Positions 37,084 through 49,883 are shown, numbered from the stretch's first letter. The stretch: 64,000 nucleotides of DNA from Perkinsela sp. CCAP 1560/9 (GCA_965644495.1 CBFFSA010000012.1:310001-374000); one strand, 5' to 3'. A program made the numbers and translations. The notes: generated by a model not told the origin, from the letters alone.

Positions 37084-38436
37084 ATGTCTCTCATACGCAC
37101 ACTCCTGGCATCAGATACACAATCGACTGTACGTCTAGGTAAGGTTACTGGAGCTTCACTACCAGTGGAATATGATTTAATGCAATTCTTACAAGGCGTA
37201 GAGAATCATCATTCTACCTGGGGTACGAGTACGCCAGCGTGTGAATGGAAACATATCGATTGCGATATATCTGGCAATGTAGTCGATCTGCAGTGGTCGC
37301 ATTTACACCTTCGTGGTGAGCTGAATCTGAAATATTTGCCCGTCATATTGGTGAATCTACAATAAAAATACAGTTTCTGTACCTTGTTGGTACATTTTCC
37401 TAGCTCATCATTTCTCTCCCGGAAACGGGCATATTTTTACTATGTTAATTCCCGTTTCCGGATGGCGCTAGGAGAGGAACTGTCCCTCTTGTCGCAAAGT
37501 AGGGGTGCGCCTCCCTTCCCTCATCTCCCAGCACCCCGCTCGGAACACGGTTCCGAGTCCCCATGCGCTGCAGGACCCTACTACGGGACCACGCGTCGTG
37601 CCTCCACCATCCGGCGACACCGGTACTGCTGCGCGCAGGAGGCTTCCATATACCGGAAGTCTCCTACACGGCGAGCAAACACGTTGTATGCGTGTTCTAG
37701 AGGATGCTCTATGCACCTCTCTTGCTCACCAGCCGTGGCGGATTCTGTGGGACCCCGATGCCCATGATGCATCATGAACCATGACTCCATTTGCCAGCAT
37801 GCATCCATGGCCCTGACCATGTTGTATCATGAACCATGGAAGTTATTTGTAGCATGTACGATGGGAATACCATTCGCGTCCCACAAATCCGTATGTCTTC
37901 CCTGGCAGGACTGCGCTCTCTTCCCGTCTCGGGACATCTTATCCCGATGAAGCCGTTCTTTTCGTTTCCCCAGGAGGATATGCCGTGCTTTTCCCGGTGT
38001 CGTAGAGTGAGGCGACAGGTTCAGCAGGGAGCGCCCTTTGCGTCACCCCTGCTGAGCCCAGTATCTCTACAGGTTTTCGCCCTGTATGAATAAAACCTTT
38101 CATCGTAATGAATTTTCGGGAAATTTTGATTTTGAAGTACTGCCTCCAAGATTAGAAATAATTTCTTTATCTGGCAACCAATTTACGGGCACCCCAAACC
38201 TCTGTAATCTGCCCATGCTAGAATACGCCTCCATCAGTCACAACGAATTTCAAGGTTATATGAACTTTTATTCGCTCCCGCTAACCTTGACCCATTTGTT
38301 TTTGAAATTTAACAGTAAATTGGAAGGTTACTTGAACGTAGGTGGTGTACTGAAGAATTTGTATTACAATGTTGGGGGGACGCGGATTAAAGTGAGTAAT
38401 GGGAGACTAAAACAAGTAATGAGATCATACAAATAA
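37084..38436 (+). pseudogene. LRR family copy 6, interrupted by a 735-bp insertion
   Basis: Removing 37360-38094 restores ...YLPVILVNL|TFHRNEFSG, colinear with copy 4. Confidence 0.88.
37360..38094 (+). mobile_element. SL-RNA-headed insertion element
   Basis: Starts CAATAAAAATACAGTTTCTGTACCTTGTTG|GTAC and ends CTGTATGAATAAA; no TSD; relatives at 49018-49455 (-), 58888-59070, 24766 and 63970. Confidence 0.8.
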
Positions 38437-38699
38437 ATATGTTTTACTTAGGTAAGTCTTTAGTGGCAGAAATGGTCCTGATTTATTTTAAGATAGTAGA
38501 CTAGCTTACTGGCAACTTCTTTCCTTTTTCGGTCAAACTAAAGCAAATTCGGCCCTTTTGTTCAATTATTGTTAAATATTCTCACCGCTAAATACCGTCC
38601 GATCCATAATTGAGGAATAACTTTAAATAGTGCGCAAGATTTTAAGAGATTAAGTATTGCACTAATTGAATGCGAAAGACATTATAGCTATGTGAAAGA

Positions 38700-39235
38700 T
38701 ATAATGTGAAAGACAATGTACATCTCAATGTACATCTTAATGCACACTGATAATGTATATAGGCACACTGATAATGCATAAAACTCGCACACTGATAATA
38801 CATAATGCACATTGATAATGCATAATTGACACTGATAGTGCATGAAGACTATATTCATACAAAGACTGTTTTTTCTGATAATTTTTGCTGCATTTTAGTA
38901 TGAGTGAACCGCGTGTACGGTGGAATTGTTGGGCTTCGCAAATTGCTTCCCACTAACGTCAGACGTTTTTGTCCTGCAGACGGGTAAACAAGGTCTTATC
39001 ATCATTACGGGTTGGGTATGGTGGAATTGATGGGCCTCGCAAATTGCTTCCCACTAACTTCAGACGTTTTTCTATTGCAGACGGGGAAACAAGGTCTTGG
39101 CTTTACTACGGGTTGGGTATGGTGAAATTGTTGGGCTTACCTTTGAAGGGCTTACCCAAAATATGCATTATCAGTGTGCGAGTTTTATGCATTATCAGTG
39201 CGCGAGTTTTATGCATTATCAGTGTGCGAGTTTTT
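38700..39235. repeat. Satellite-like block
   Basis: GCACACTGATAATG repeats at 38741-38830, their inverse 3 x 24 bp at 39163-39235, and about 100-bp direct repeats at 38919-39135. Confidence 0.75.
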
Positions 39236-40153
39236 ATCCCCGCCCCCCTGGACCCCGCCCTGGACCCCCTGGTTCCCCGAGTCCAAAATACATCGGGGGT
39301 CATTTTTCTAAAACACATCATTTGTTCTCCCTTTTTTATGCTTTGTTACATGTATAATATTTTCTTTCGCGTTTTAGCTTGTTTTCTTTGTGTTTGATAG
39401 ATCTCGTTCCTTTATTCCTTTTTTTTATGGAGAAATCTTTGCCACAACCCGCTCGACCACCACCCAGTGTCCAACCGGCAGGCTTTTCTTGATCGAGTAA
39501 GCTGGCCACCTTCCAGTGGTAAGATGAATGATTATTTCCACTCACGCACCTCCCCCCAACCTGGACCCGGCTTCGCCCTCCCCTATACCTTCCATATGTA
39601 ATATCCTTCGGTATGTGTTTATATCCCCCTGGAGTCCCCTAGACCCCCCACCCGGATTCTCCAGCGAACTCCATAGCCGAAAAAACGACAAGTACCTTTG
39701 CCATTGGTGTCTCCTGGGACCTGACTGGGTTTGCATTTTACTGGTTTCAGCCCTCTTATGAATCGGACGGTAGGGGAAATGTGGTAGTTGTAGGGTGGTG
39801 TATATGGAGGCCTTCACGCAACTCGTGGGCCTCACCAGTAGTACAAGTGAGGTTACCTATTTTTTATGTTAACTATTCTGCAAAAACGTAAAAATTTTAG
39901 GGGTTGAATTTTTTTAGCGATCCAGTTTTTTTCAAAAAACCAAACAATGTGCAATCTTCGCTGAATTCCACCTTATTTTATAATAACACTCAATGGGTTA
40001 AGGTGTTAAATGAGATCATGTTATTTTTCACGTGAGAACATGTGAACTCTTCCTCATAGTTTGTCACCGCAAATAATGTATCCGCATATTTCCTCCTAGG
40101 GACGATAATATTGTGTTGCTTTTTGCTTCATAATTACTACTATAGTAACATTG

Positions 40154-41701
40154 ATGGAATCGCATTCTGCATCACAAAGCTTTTCTCCGGAGCCGTGCGA
40201 GCCGCCGCCTTCCCGCACGTTACATCCCAACCCACCTGTCTTCTCCCCTGAACTCGAAACAAACCATCCAAACGCAGCTCACGAAGGGTTTCCCAATTCT
40301 GATAATCCTTCCGGTCACGTCTCTTCCGAGGAGACCAGCCATTCCGAACCATTTCTTGTGGACCCTGTCCCCACAGAACACTCCTCACAAAACCGAGCCT
40401 CTCACTCAACTCCCACGTTCGAAAATCATCCACCCCCTCCTGAACCTCCTTTCCATGATTCTTTTTTCGACCCCCCGCACCCTCCTCAAGATACGAAAAA
40501 GAGCGAACAGCCCTCCCCCCTTTCTACCCGAGAGTTTCCTCCCCGACGTCTTCGCTCCTTATTCTCCTCTTCCTCCTCCTCTCAACCCCTCAAACGGTTG
40601 GCTTCCCTTTCCCACCCTCTCCGCCGACCCCTCCCCACCTCCTCTCATCATGGATCACATTACCCCACACGTACTCGGGTGGCCTTGCAGCCTTCTGCTC
40701 CTGCCCCTGCTCCTTCACGAGAGTCTTCTGCTGCTGCTGCTTCCTTATCCGACCCTGCTGCTTCTTTTTCTTCTTCTTCTTTTTCTTTTTCTAATCCCAC
40801 TACAAATTCTTTATTCTCTCCACAACAACAACAACAACAACATGACCAACAACAAAAGAATACCAAACAACAGCAACACGATTTCTTCTTTTCTGAAATC
40901 CGTGACGCCCTTCGTCGTCTCGACAACGCCTCCGAGAGCTGTTCCCAGGACCTGGCCTCGATCCACACCCAGTTCGAGGGGGTGCTGGTCCACCAGGAGC
41001 AGCTCACGGGGCGGATGGCAGAGAACACCCAGCACGTGCGGTACATCCTCACACGGCTGTCCGCGCTGCAGCAGTCCCAGAACCGGCTGAAGGGGAAAGG
41101 GGGGCTGCTGCGGGGGGTGCTGGGCTACGCCTACTCCCCGTTGGTGTTTTGGTTTAAAGGGGTGTGGCTGGTGGTGCATTTCGTGCTCGGCACCCTGAGG
41201 GGGTTGTGGTTGTGGCAAAGGGGGGTGAGAGCGCTCACGGGAGGGGGCGGGGGGAGCAAGGAAAGAGGGAAAAGGCAAGGGAAGGGGGAAGAGGGGGTGG
41301 TGCGCCATTTTTGGACACACCCGTGGTGGAGCCTTTGGCGGCGTTCGGGGAGTAATCGGACTTCGGAGTCGGGAAAAGGGGGTGGGGAGATCGGCACGGC
41401 GGTGGGAAAAGAAGGCTCGGGTTTCCAGGTTTCGGATCCTAGAGTTTCGTTGCCGAGCGTATTGGAAGGCGAGAGCGCAGAAGGAGGTCGCGAAGGAAAC
41501 TCTTCAACGCCCTTGTTGAGAAATGTAGAAGAGCGCGTTTCGGATGAGACCGCCCCACTTAATCTTAAAGTATCAGAGGCGGAGAATAGTGAATTTCGAC
41601 CCTTACCCCGTCGTTTGAGCACTCACTCGCTAAGCACTCGCACAGATTCCGATGCTCATTCTCTTTTATATCGGTTGAAAGGGGTTCCTTTGGAGTCCTG
41701 A
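40154..41701 (+). CDS. Hypothetical protein: Pro/Ser-rich N-terminus, coiled coil, hydrophobic segment
   Basis: 515-aa ORF; LLRGVLGYAYSPLVFWFKGVWLVVHFVLGTL. Confidence 0.8.
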   Translation: MESHSASQSFSPEPCEPPPSRTLHPNPPVFSPELETNHPNAAHEGFPNSDNPSGHVSSEETSHSEPFLVDPVPTEHSSQNRASHSTPTFENHPPPPEPPFHDSFFDPPHPPQDTKKSEQPSPLSTREFPPRRLRSLFSSSSSSQPLKRLASLSHPLRRPLPTSSHHGSHYPTRTRVALQPSAPAPAPSRESSAAAASLSDPAASFSSSSFSFSNPTTNSLFSPQQQQQQHDQQQKNTKQQQHDFFFSEIRDALRRLDNASESCSQDLASIHTQFEGVLVHQEQLTGRMAENTQHVRYILTRLSALQQSQNRLKGKGGLLRGVLGYAYSPLVFWFKGVWLVVHFVLGTLRGLWLWQRGVRALTGGGGGSKERGKRQGKGEEGVVRHFWTHPWWSLWRRSGSNRTSESGKGGGEIGTAVGKEGSGFQVSDPRVSLPSVLEGESAEGGREGNSSTPLLRNVEERVSDETAPLNLKVSEAENSEFRPLPRRLSTHSLSTRTDSDAHSLLYRLKGVPLES

Positions 41702-42576
41702 AGATAGGATGCAAAGAACGAAAATTAGCTGTTTTTCCAAACACATTGAGTATTTGCACTCATAGTAGTCCTGTAACGTCGCTGTGGTAGCTGTTTCGTA
41801 AAACATGGTGGTTGTTCGGGTTCGCGAATTGCTTCCCATGAGCGTTACGTCGGATATGGATCCGGGTATTCAACTTGTTAAAATGTTCAAACAGATCGTT
41901 TGTCGCCGAAGCAATGTGGTCTTATCCCTCTCTGGCACCGAAGCCTGTACCAGCGGGACGTAGGCGCCCGTGCAGATGACAAGTCGTTCACACGGAAAAC
42001 ACCTCGAAAGGTTCCAAAGGGAGTGCTTTCCGCTGTGTGGGTCAGCTATGAAAATGTTGTGTTGGCGCCGGATGGCCCAGTCAGCAAATTGTTTAGGTCT
42101 GCGTTTTGGGTTTTTCCGCCGGCCCGCCGTAAGAAGACACCGGTTTTTCTCTTAGCACACGCCGAGTCAGGACGGTGTATTCCTGGCCTGTAGTAAAACC
42201 TCATAAGGTGGCCGAAAACGGCTGGATGATTAAATGATGTGTGATTAAATGATGTGTCGCGAAGCGTGTGTGTCGCGCGAATTCTCTTGTAACTGCAATA
42301 GAGTTGCAGGCGTTCCCGTAGTCGAGCCCTGGCCGTCCACGTAGTATTGGCCCACATCTCCTACTTCTATTTAACTCTCCTGCTGCTATTCTTTCTTCTG
42401 GTGTTATTTGATTGAGATATCTCCACATATCTCCGGCTATCTGCAGCTATTCTCCATTGTAAGGGGCAGAATGAAGTAGGGACTTAGTTTCGGTTTGCGG
42501 AGATAGGATCTTTCATGTTTGTATACCGTAATAGTTCACTTAAAAAATAGTTCTAAATGCCTGTTCAATCATTTTC

Positions 42577-43347
42577 ATGATTCTCTTGACCACTTCTCAC
42601 GACGTTTCGGCTAAGAGACGTAAAATCAGTGCCATCGACCCATCTACGCCGGAATCTGATTGCAGAATCTCAGTAGCACGTACTGGAAAGATAAATCAGG
42701 CTATGCTACCGGAAGAATATAAGCTCGCACGACTAGTCGAAGAGCTTGAAAACTTGGACTCATCCTGGATCACCGATACGCCCGCGTGTGAGTGGTTCGG
42801 TGTAAAGTGTAACGAGCGCAGTCACATTACTGAAATTCATTGGGACGAGAAGCACTTATCCGGAGAATTATTTATTCATCATTTTCCAGAAACTCTGTTC
42901 CTCTTTAGTGCACGAAATAATAATATGACGGGACGCGCCTTACTGGGTGATCTTCCTCCAATTCATGAGACTTTTATTATTACAAAGAATCATTTTCATG
43001 GAGAACTAGACTTAACTGTTCTTCCGCAAAGTATGAAGGTTCTCCGACTGAGCTGTAATGATTTCGCTGGAGAAGTCTGTCTCACAAGTCTTCCTCCGCG
43101 ATTGGAAAAGCTCTTCCTTTCGCGCAATCGTCTGTGCGGAACTCCCAACCTTACAGCCCTTCCCCCATTGTTGCTTCACTTGGGATTAAGCAGCAACGCA
43201 TTTTCTGGTACTGCTGATCTAAGTCAGTTGCCTCGATCTCTTAGAGAAGTCAGCTTGTCAAATAACCCGGATTTACTATGTCGTATGAAGTACGTAGATG
43301 AGCTACAAAACGCAGGGAGTTTTGCTTTTACGTACAGAAATCAATAA
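42577..43347 (+). CDS. LRR family copy 7
   Basis: KRRK motif, GKINQAMLPEEYKL N-cap, LRR repeats. Confidence 0.9.
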   Translation: MILLTTSHDVSAKRRKISAIDPSTPESDCRISVARTGKINQAMLPEEYKLARLVEELENLDSSWITDTPACEWFGVKCNERSHITEIHWDEKHLSGELFIHHFPETLFLFSARNNNMTGRALLGDLPPIHETFIITKNHFHGELDLTVLPQSMKVLRLSCNDFAGEVCLTSLPPRLEKLFLSRNRLCGTPNLTALPPLLLHLGLSSNAFSGTADLSQLPRSLREVSLSNNPDLLCRMKYVDELQNAGSFAFTYRNQ

Positions 43348-43677
43348 ATTTTGTTGAAATTTTATCCTTCCGAAAAGCACTGACATATGCAATTTCCTAA
43401 TACGTGTGCATGATTATTATTCCAGAAAACAAGTTCACATTACTATTACAATTTAGTCACATTACATTATATGTAGTCTAGAAAATAATAGACAACAAAG
43501 AGTTCTTAACACAAAAAAAATCGTACTTATAGGTAATGGACTACTTATGCGCTATTCAGAGCAAACGCTGTGCCACGCGTGCTTCTATTGTGTGGCAAAA
43601 TAATATTATAAACTTTATAAGCTCTAAATTGATTTTTTTCTTCTGGTTTTACGTGTGTGTTCTTCCGTAGGTTCGTA

Positions 43678-44300
43678 TCATTGATTTTCCTTATCGATTA
43701 AAAAAGGACATGGAATTGCAGCTTGCAGTTCCTTACGGTTTGTGGGACGGAGAGTAAATTTGATGTGGTGGTCCATCATGCTCCACAAATTTTCGATTAG
43801 TAAATTTAAATCCAGGGACTTGGTAGGCCAATCCGGAATGCTAATACCCATGTCTGCCGACACGGCGAGTATGATTATGGCCCGTAGCGTTGTCCATGAT
43901 CACTGTAGTCGCTGGTTTACGCTTTAACCAGTTATAGAAACCATTTCGTTTTGTCATGACAGAGAGAAAGTTTTCATTAGTTACCGTCTCGTTCTCTGCA
44001 AACTCATGAAAGCAGTGAACCTTGGGAACCCCCCTTTCAAGGCTCACCGCCATCGAAATATGAACCCCCTTTTCCCCACAATATTTCTCAAAATCTTTTT
44101 GTGCCTCAAGGGGTTTATCTGACCTTTTGCAAATGTACCAAATGTTGCGTGCGTGGTACCCGCATTTAAAAAAAAAATCATCCGTCCACAGAATACGGGC
44201 GTATTAAAAAAGGGTGGGCCTCTCCAAACGATTTACCAACTACAGGCGGTTGAATTTGTGCTGAGGCGTAAGGTGAGGAACTTTTTCACATATTAAAGAG
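43678..44300 (-). pseudogene. Tc1/mariner transposase remnant
   Basis: LTPQHKFNRL, ILWTDD, IMDNATGH and DWPTKSLDLNLLIENLW across frameshifts. Confidence 0.8.
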
Positions 44301-45124
44301 AGCATGGGTACTTGGTTTGATCGATTTGGCGGTGAACCCACCTCCAAGATGGACAGCCAATGGGACTACGTTGATTTTCTTCATCTACAATAGATCCTAA
44401 CATTATTCGAAACTCCACCTTATCAATTGCATTTTTACCTATATATTTTATACCTACGTCCTAACCCTCCTGTCTCCCGGTGGCGTTTAACCCATCCAGA
44501 GACAGTAGATTCACTGCATTTCATAAGAGCAGAAGTGTCTGTAATTTAACGTCCCTGGTTTTGGACGTCATTGACGCAAATTACACGTGTTTCATAAGTG
44601 ATTTGTTGCACCGAGAGGGTGCATAGTTTGATGCAATAAAATCCGAAAAAAGGATAAAAATCTAACTTTAGAAGAATAAAAATCTGAAGAGAGTGCTATT
44701 ATAAACCGTTTCTGTAATTCCATGTTCTGACTTTTTTTGTGACAGACCCCCTCCCTAGTTATCTGTCGCACACTGATCCGCCTAGTTATCTGTCGCACCC
44801 CTACACCCCCCCCTAGTTATCTGTCACCTTTTCGCGAAAAGTAGTGACAGATAAGTAGGGGGGGGTACAGTACTATCCTAGTACGGATAGTACGGTAGTT
44901 AGTGCGTACTAGTACGAAAATAAAGGTCCGTACTAGATTTAGTACATCGTACCGTAGGCTCGGAAAGTGAAATTTCGAGAAAGTGTGTTAATAGGCGTAC
45001 ATTTCACGTAGTATCACGTTTGGGTTGCATATTTCGATTTTTTGACCTAAACTATGAAATATTGATATGCAGACTCAGCAAGGGTTGGGAGTGCCTTGGT
45101 CATGGGCGGAAAGAATAATGATTA

Positions 45125-45513
45125 CTGCCCCCCCTTTATACTTCAGGGGGGGTGAACCCCCCCCTTTATATGTACCGTTTTCATTCAGATAAAAAATCAG
45201 CACCCCCCCTTTATACTTCCGGTCAAAAAACTACAGAGCGCGTGGTATGTACAGAGCAGCAATCCAAGAGAAGAATCAAGGCAGGTTTTGTTCAGTTTGT
45301 AAAATATGTCCCCCCACATGGCTTTTATACAAATGCCCACAGCGTTCATAAAGATATATCCCCAACCGAGTGAAAAAAATACTATAATCATGGTTTTGAA
45401 AACAATACGCCGCGAAGCGGCGCTCTTTCTTTTGAGGGGAGGAGATTTTTTACCCCCCCTATTTAGTGTTGAATTTTTCCGAATTTCACTCAAAACTAAA
45501 TAGGGGGGGGCAG
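45125..45513. mobile_element. MITE of the CCCCCCTTTATACTTC family
   Basis: TA-CTGCCCCCCC ... GGGGGGGCAG-TA; left part matches 53942-54030 inverted. Confidence 0.65.
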
Positions 45514-45650
45514 TAATTATGAATCCAAAAGTTCTATATTTTATAATTTAACTTTCCCTATTTACCTATTTAACCTTATTTACCCACTTATTTACCCACT
45601 TAGAAAGAGGGAAAGAGGGAAGAAAGAGGAAGAAAGGGGAAGACCTTTTA

Positions 45651-46884
45651 CCCCCCCCCCTACAGGTCTTGTATTTTGTCCGATTTTGGAAATATTTGGT
45701 ATAACACCGTTTTTCGACCCAATCGTTCCGAATCCGAGATCCTTTTCACTCGAGCGACCCCCTACCCCCCCTAGCCAGGTAGGGGTCAAAAAAGCTAATT
45801 GCGACTTTTTTCGGGGCATTTTTCCGAATTTTTCGGATGAATGTCAGTAGTAAAGTAGGTCAGAAGACATGGAAAAAGAGTACAAAGTAATCTCTAGCAT
45901 TTAGTCATATGCCCTTTGGCCTCCTTGACCAAAAGTAAAGTTTACGATAGTTCCGGAAGATATTCAGAAGCACCCTGTTCTCCCTCAAAGATGAAGAAGA
46001 ACAGACCGTAGTTATAGGAATACCCCATCCACACCATTATCCCCCTCCCCCCAAAATGTTTTCCCCGCCAGTCCGATTGCCTCAGACGAGGTGCTCGCTT
46101 GCGACCGACGTAAAAGTCGGCATTTGACCCCGCACAGCAACTGAACAGTTTTTCGTAGGTAAAAACAGTGTTCAGGCAGTCAGCGTCACTCCACTTAAAC
46201 ATGTCCTTCACATACTTAAGACGGAGTTGAATGTGACGCGGTTTGAGACCAAGGTCTTTGGCCTTGCGAAGGCGCCGATAATCCTTAAAATTAACAGCTC
46301 GCCGGACACTACTCAGGGAGCCTCCGTGATTGCTTCGCACCTCGCGATGCACGACAGAGAACGTAGGACAACCCTCCACGGTATCCGACACTCTCCAGCA
46401 CGCAGAAACACATGCTTCAACGTACCTTTGTGTAAGGACCGTACGCACCCCCTCGCGAGGTGGAGTACTGACATGCCCGTGCTCCTCATACTTCCGCACC
46501 CAATACTTTACAGTCCTGGGGGCAAGTTTATGGAGTTTTGCGACTGCCTTATAGGACTTAAGTCGCTCGTCATCGATTACGAGTGCCGTGCGCATCTCGG
46601 GGCGCACGCGGGAGGAAGGTAAACACAGGGGGCGGTGCCTCTTCGTCATGAATAAATTCGTCACCAATAAATGTACCAATTTTGAAAAACAAATGTACTC
46701 TGTGAAAACAAAATCGACTTTTTTGCAGTTCTTTTTCGGTTTAGGTATGATACAGGTGTCCATGAGTGAAAAGGACCTCGGATTCGGAACGATTGGGTCG
46801 AAAAACAGTCCCATACAAAATATTTCCAAAATCAGACAAAATACAAGACCTGTAGGGGGGCGGGGGGGGGGGGGGGGGGGGGGG
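45651..46884 (-). mobile_element. Internally deleted Tc1-like transposon with about 100-bp TIRs
   Basis: TIRs at 45651-45751 and 46764-46884, TA on both sides. ORF from about 46649 to 45942 has HTH regions, RLKYVK..W...VFTYEK and IMVW, and is truncated before the second D. Confidence 0.88.
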
Positions 46885-47362
46885 TAAAAGAGGCTGAACA
46901 CTACTGTACTTGGCGAGCTGGGCGGGATGACAGCCAGCGCGGACATGCGCCTGCTGCAGCAAAGGCGAATGTGCATCGTTTCAAGGACTGTCCCATGAAG
47001 CTTCTAATGGTAGATCGTCCCGACACATATTCACTACAGCGTAATGTACAGCGTATGTTGATTATGTGCAAGAGGAACGCGGAAGCAAACATTATGCCCT
47101 GCATGTTTGGAGATTAGATGACTGATTTTTAGCTAGAATAATAGAAAACCAGCGCCGCGAAGCGGCGCATTTTTTTTGCCCCTTTTCCAAAACATTTGCT
47201 TCTCGGATTTTTCAAAAAATCAGACCCCCCCTTTATACTTCCAAAAGTACCGAAACCGTCGGAAGTATAAAGGGAGGGTGACATTACTTAGTAATTATAA
47301 ATTGCCTGAAAATGCCAAAAAATGACGAAAAATAATTATTCCCTTAATTAGCGTTCCTTTAA

Positions 47363-48182
47363 TTGCGGTGGATGTATAACTACCGCTCTACCCTCGATTA
47401 TTGAAAAAAAAGTGAACAAAAACAATGAAAATATAAAGAGGAACACAGTGATATAATAGAAGAAAAAAATATAAAAGGGGGCTCTGGCGGTCCAAAACTG
47501 AAAAAAAAAATTGAAAAAAATGGGGGGTCCAGCGGGGAATCCAGGGGGGGGCATACAGTGCGCCCAGATAGTAAAGTTTTTTTTTGGTAGTTACCACCGA
47601 CTTTGGGTAACTACTAAAAAAACCTTTACTATTTGGGAAAACCGTTTTTTGGGACATTACTAACTGGGCGCACTGTACGCCGTTTTTTGAAATTTTCAAA
47701 ATCTTGATTTTCGAAATCGAGCGCATGGAAGTGGTAGAGTAGGCTGCAGCGATGACTTTCCATCCCCCCACCTGGGGGTACCCCCCCTGGTACGCGCAGG
47801 AGGGGTCCAACAAGGACAAAAATTCCGAATTTTTTGGTATGACCAAAAAATAAATTTGACCCAAGAAAAAGGAAAAATATCATTTTTCCAAAATCGGCTT
47901 CTAAAACGTAATTGGAGAGTTTGGGACCTCAGCTACCGTTCCACGACGTTTGTTTCGACAGATTCGCCTCCTGCCCCTGCTGGTAAGGCATCCAAAACGT
48001 CCCAAATTCGGGTTTGGATGAATCGAACTTTTTCACGCAACAAAACTAGATTATTCATGACCTTTTGGCGATTTTGCTTTTTTAGGCTCCTCGTTAAACG
48101 CGGAGGTAGTTTTCAATGCGAAGCGCGCAGCATGAGTGACTTCTAAGTTGAAAACAACCACCGCGTTTAACGAAGAGCCTAA
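47363..48182 (+). mobile_element. Full-length palindrome-ended element (subfamily A) with a nested 120-bp MITE
   Basis: Palindrome 48083-48181; nested TA-CAGTGCGCCCAG...CTGGGCGCACTG-TA at 47556-47675. Confidence 0.9.
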
Positions 48183-48273
48183 TTGGCGTTCCCTTATTTA
48201 ATCTGTCTTTTAATGAATGTTTCCACGGTATTATCATTACATCACTTAGGCACGATATTAAATACTAACAACA

Positions 48274-48828
48274 ATGTTCGTCGCTCTCTTCACTCTGTTG
48301 GTAACAATACCGCCTCAACTTTATTTTGAGGACACAGCACCTCAGTTATCTCGATTAGGAAAACCCCTTGCGGCTATGTTGCCCGAAGAAATTTTGCTTG
48401 TTCAATTTATTTCCAATCTCACCAACACAGACCGTAGTTGGCGAGCGACGAAGAAAAATATATTTTACAAGACAAAAGTTGTGTCAGCTTGCACGTGGAG
48501 GGGTGTTCAATGTACCTCGGAGTCCAAAGTACAAGGATTGTGGTGGAATTACTTCAGTCTGTCTGGAGAGCCAAACTGGCATTCGCTTCCGGCACATCTT
48601 CGTGATATTGATTTATCTTTTAATAGATTAACCGGCGAAGTACCATTTTCTGTTCTCCCACCGAGCCTGCGGATACTCCATTTACAGAATAACCAGTTTG
48701 TTGGTGAATTACGCTTAAACGATCTTCCGTTCGGTATACGCAGCGCTGATCTGCAAAACAACGAATTCATCAAAACCAAGGGCTTCGCAGACAAATATCC
48801 GGAATCTCTCAAAGACCTTCACTATTGA
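48274..48828 (+). CDS. LRR family copy 8, signal-peptide-like N-terminus
   Basis: MFVALFTLLV, GKPLAAMLPEE, ACTWRGVQC, LRRs. Confidence 0.88.
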   Translation: MFVALFTLLVTIPPQLYFEDTAPQLSRLGKPLAAMLPEEILLVQFISNLTNTDRSWRATKKNIFYKTKVVSACTWRGVQCTSESKVQGLWWNYFSLSGEPNWHSLPAHLRDIDLSFNRLTGEVPFSVLPPSLRILHLQNNQFVGELRLNDLPFGIRSADLQNNEFIKTKGFADKYPESLKDLHY

Positions 48829-49017
48829 AGTTATGAACCCTTTTCACGCAAACAAAATGATTCTACTGATATGCATTGTACACCATTGTAATAATTTTCA
48901 ATGATTTGGAAAACATTTTTATGGGTCGACTTTAATACGCTGCGTTTTATCACATAATACCGGGCAAAACAGGGAAACGGGGGTGTAGTGCAGAGGTTTT
49001 CTTAACCAATATTAACC

Positions 49018-49455
49018 AGGGCCATGGATGCATGCTGGCAAATGGAGTCATGGTTCATGATGCATCATGGGCATCGGGGTCCCACAGAATCCACCACGGC
49101 TGGTGAGCAAGAGAGGTGCATAGAACATCCTCTAGAACACGCATACAACGTGTTTGCTCGCCGTGTGGGAGACTTCCGGTATATGGAAGCCTCTTGAGCG
49201 CAGAAGCACCGGTGTCGCGTTTGTGCGAAGGGTGTGGCACGCCGCGTGGTCCCGTAGAAGGGTCCTGCAGCGCTCGGAGGACGGTTCCGAGCGGGGTGGT
49301 GGGAGATGAGGGAAGGGAGGCGCACCCCTACTTTGCGACAAGAGGGACAGTTCCTCTCCTAGCGCCATCCGGAAACGGGCATTAACATAGTGAAAATATC
49401 CCCGTTTCCGGGAGAGTAAAGATGAGCTAGAAATAGATAGAAATGTATCTTTATC
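49018..49455 (-). mobile_element. SL-headed repeat, degenerate head
   Basis: Highly similar to 37398-37815 in reverse orientation. Confidence 0.8.
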
Positions 49456-49883
49456 ACTTATGAGATGTACTCATGTTGACACATTACAATGGCAGGCGTC
49501 CTTTATCCGAAATGGGCTACGGCGTTTGTGTAGGCAAAGAAGTGGTAAGGCAAGGGGTATATAAAAAGCGAAGGGGTATATAAGGTAAGCAGAAAAAGAA
49601 TATAATTTGAGGATAACTTGTTTATTTCTCTTTCCCAAATAAATTTTTTATCGCATGTGACGACGCTACACTAAAATATATTTTAAATAAAAAATATTTT
49701 TTTATCTGTTCTTGGCGATATTTTCATGAGCTTCCGCCCAAATAATCTTATTTGTGTCGATTGCTTTCTTTAAGTTTTTTAAACGGAAGCTCGAAAATTG
49801 TAGCGCCTTTTACTAGTTTACTAGTCCAAGCTATGACCAAATTGTTTCACCGGTAATGTTTTCACGGTAAAATACTTTTATTT

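Noticed and set aside
37390-38071. Insertion removed as a cis-spliced intron (GT...AG)
   Set aside because: The retained 5' part would still carry the in-frame TAA at 37363.
47346-48195. 15-bp TSD (AATTAGCGTTCCTTT / AATTGGCGTTCCCTT) around the element
   Set aside because: Two mismatches and offset from the end. The two nested insertions with known empty sites show no such duplication.
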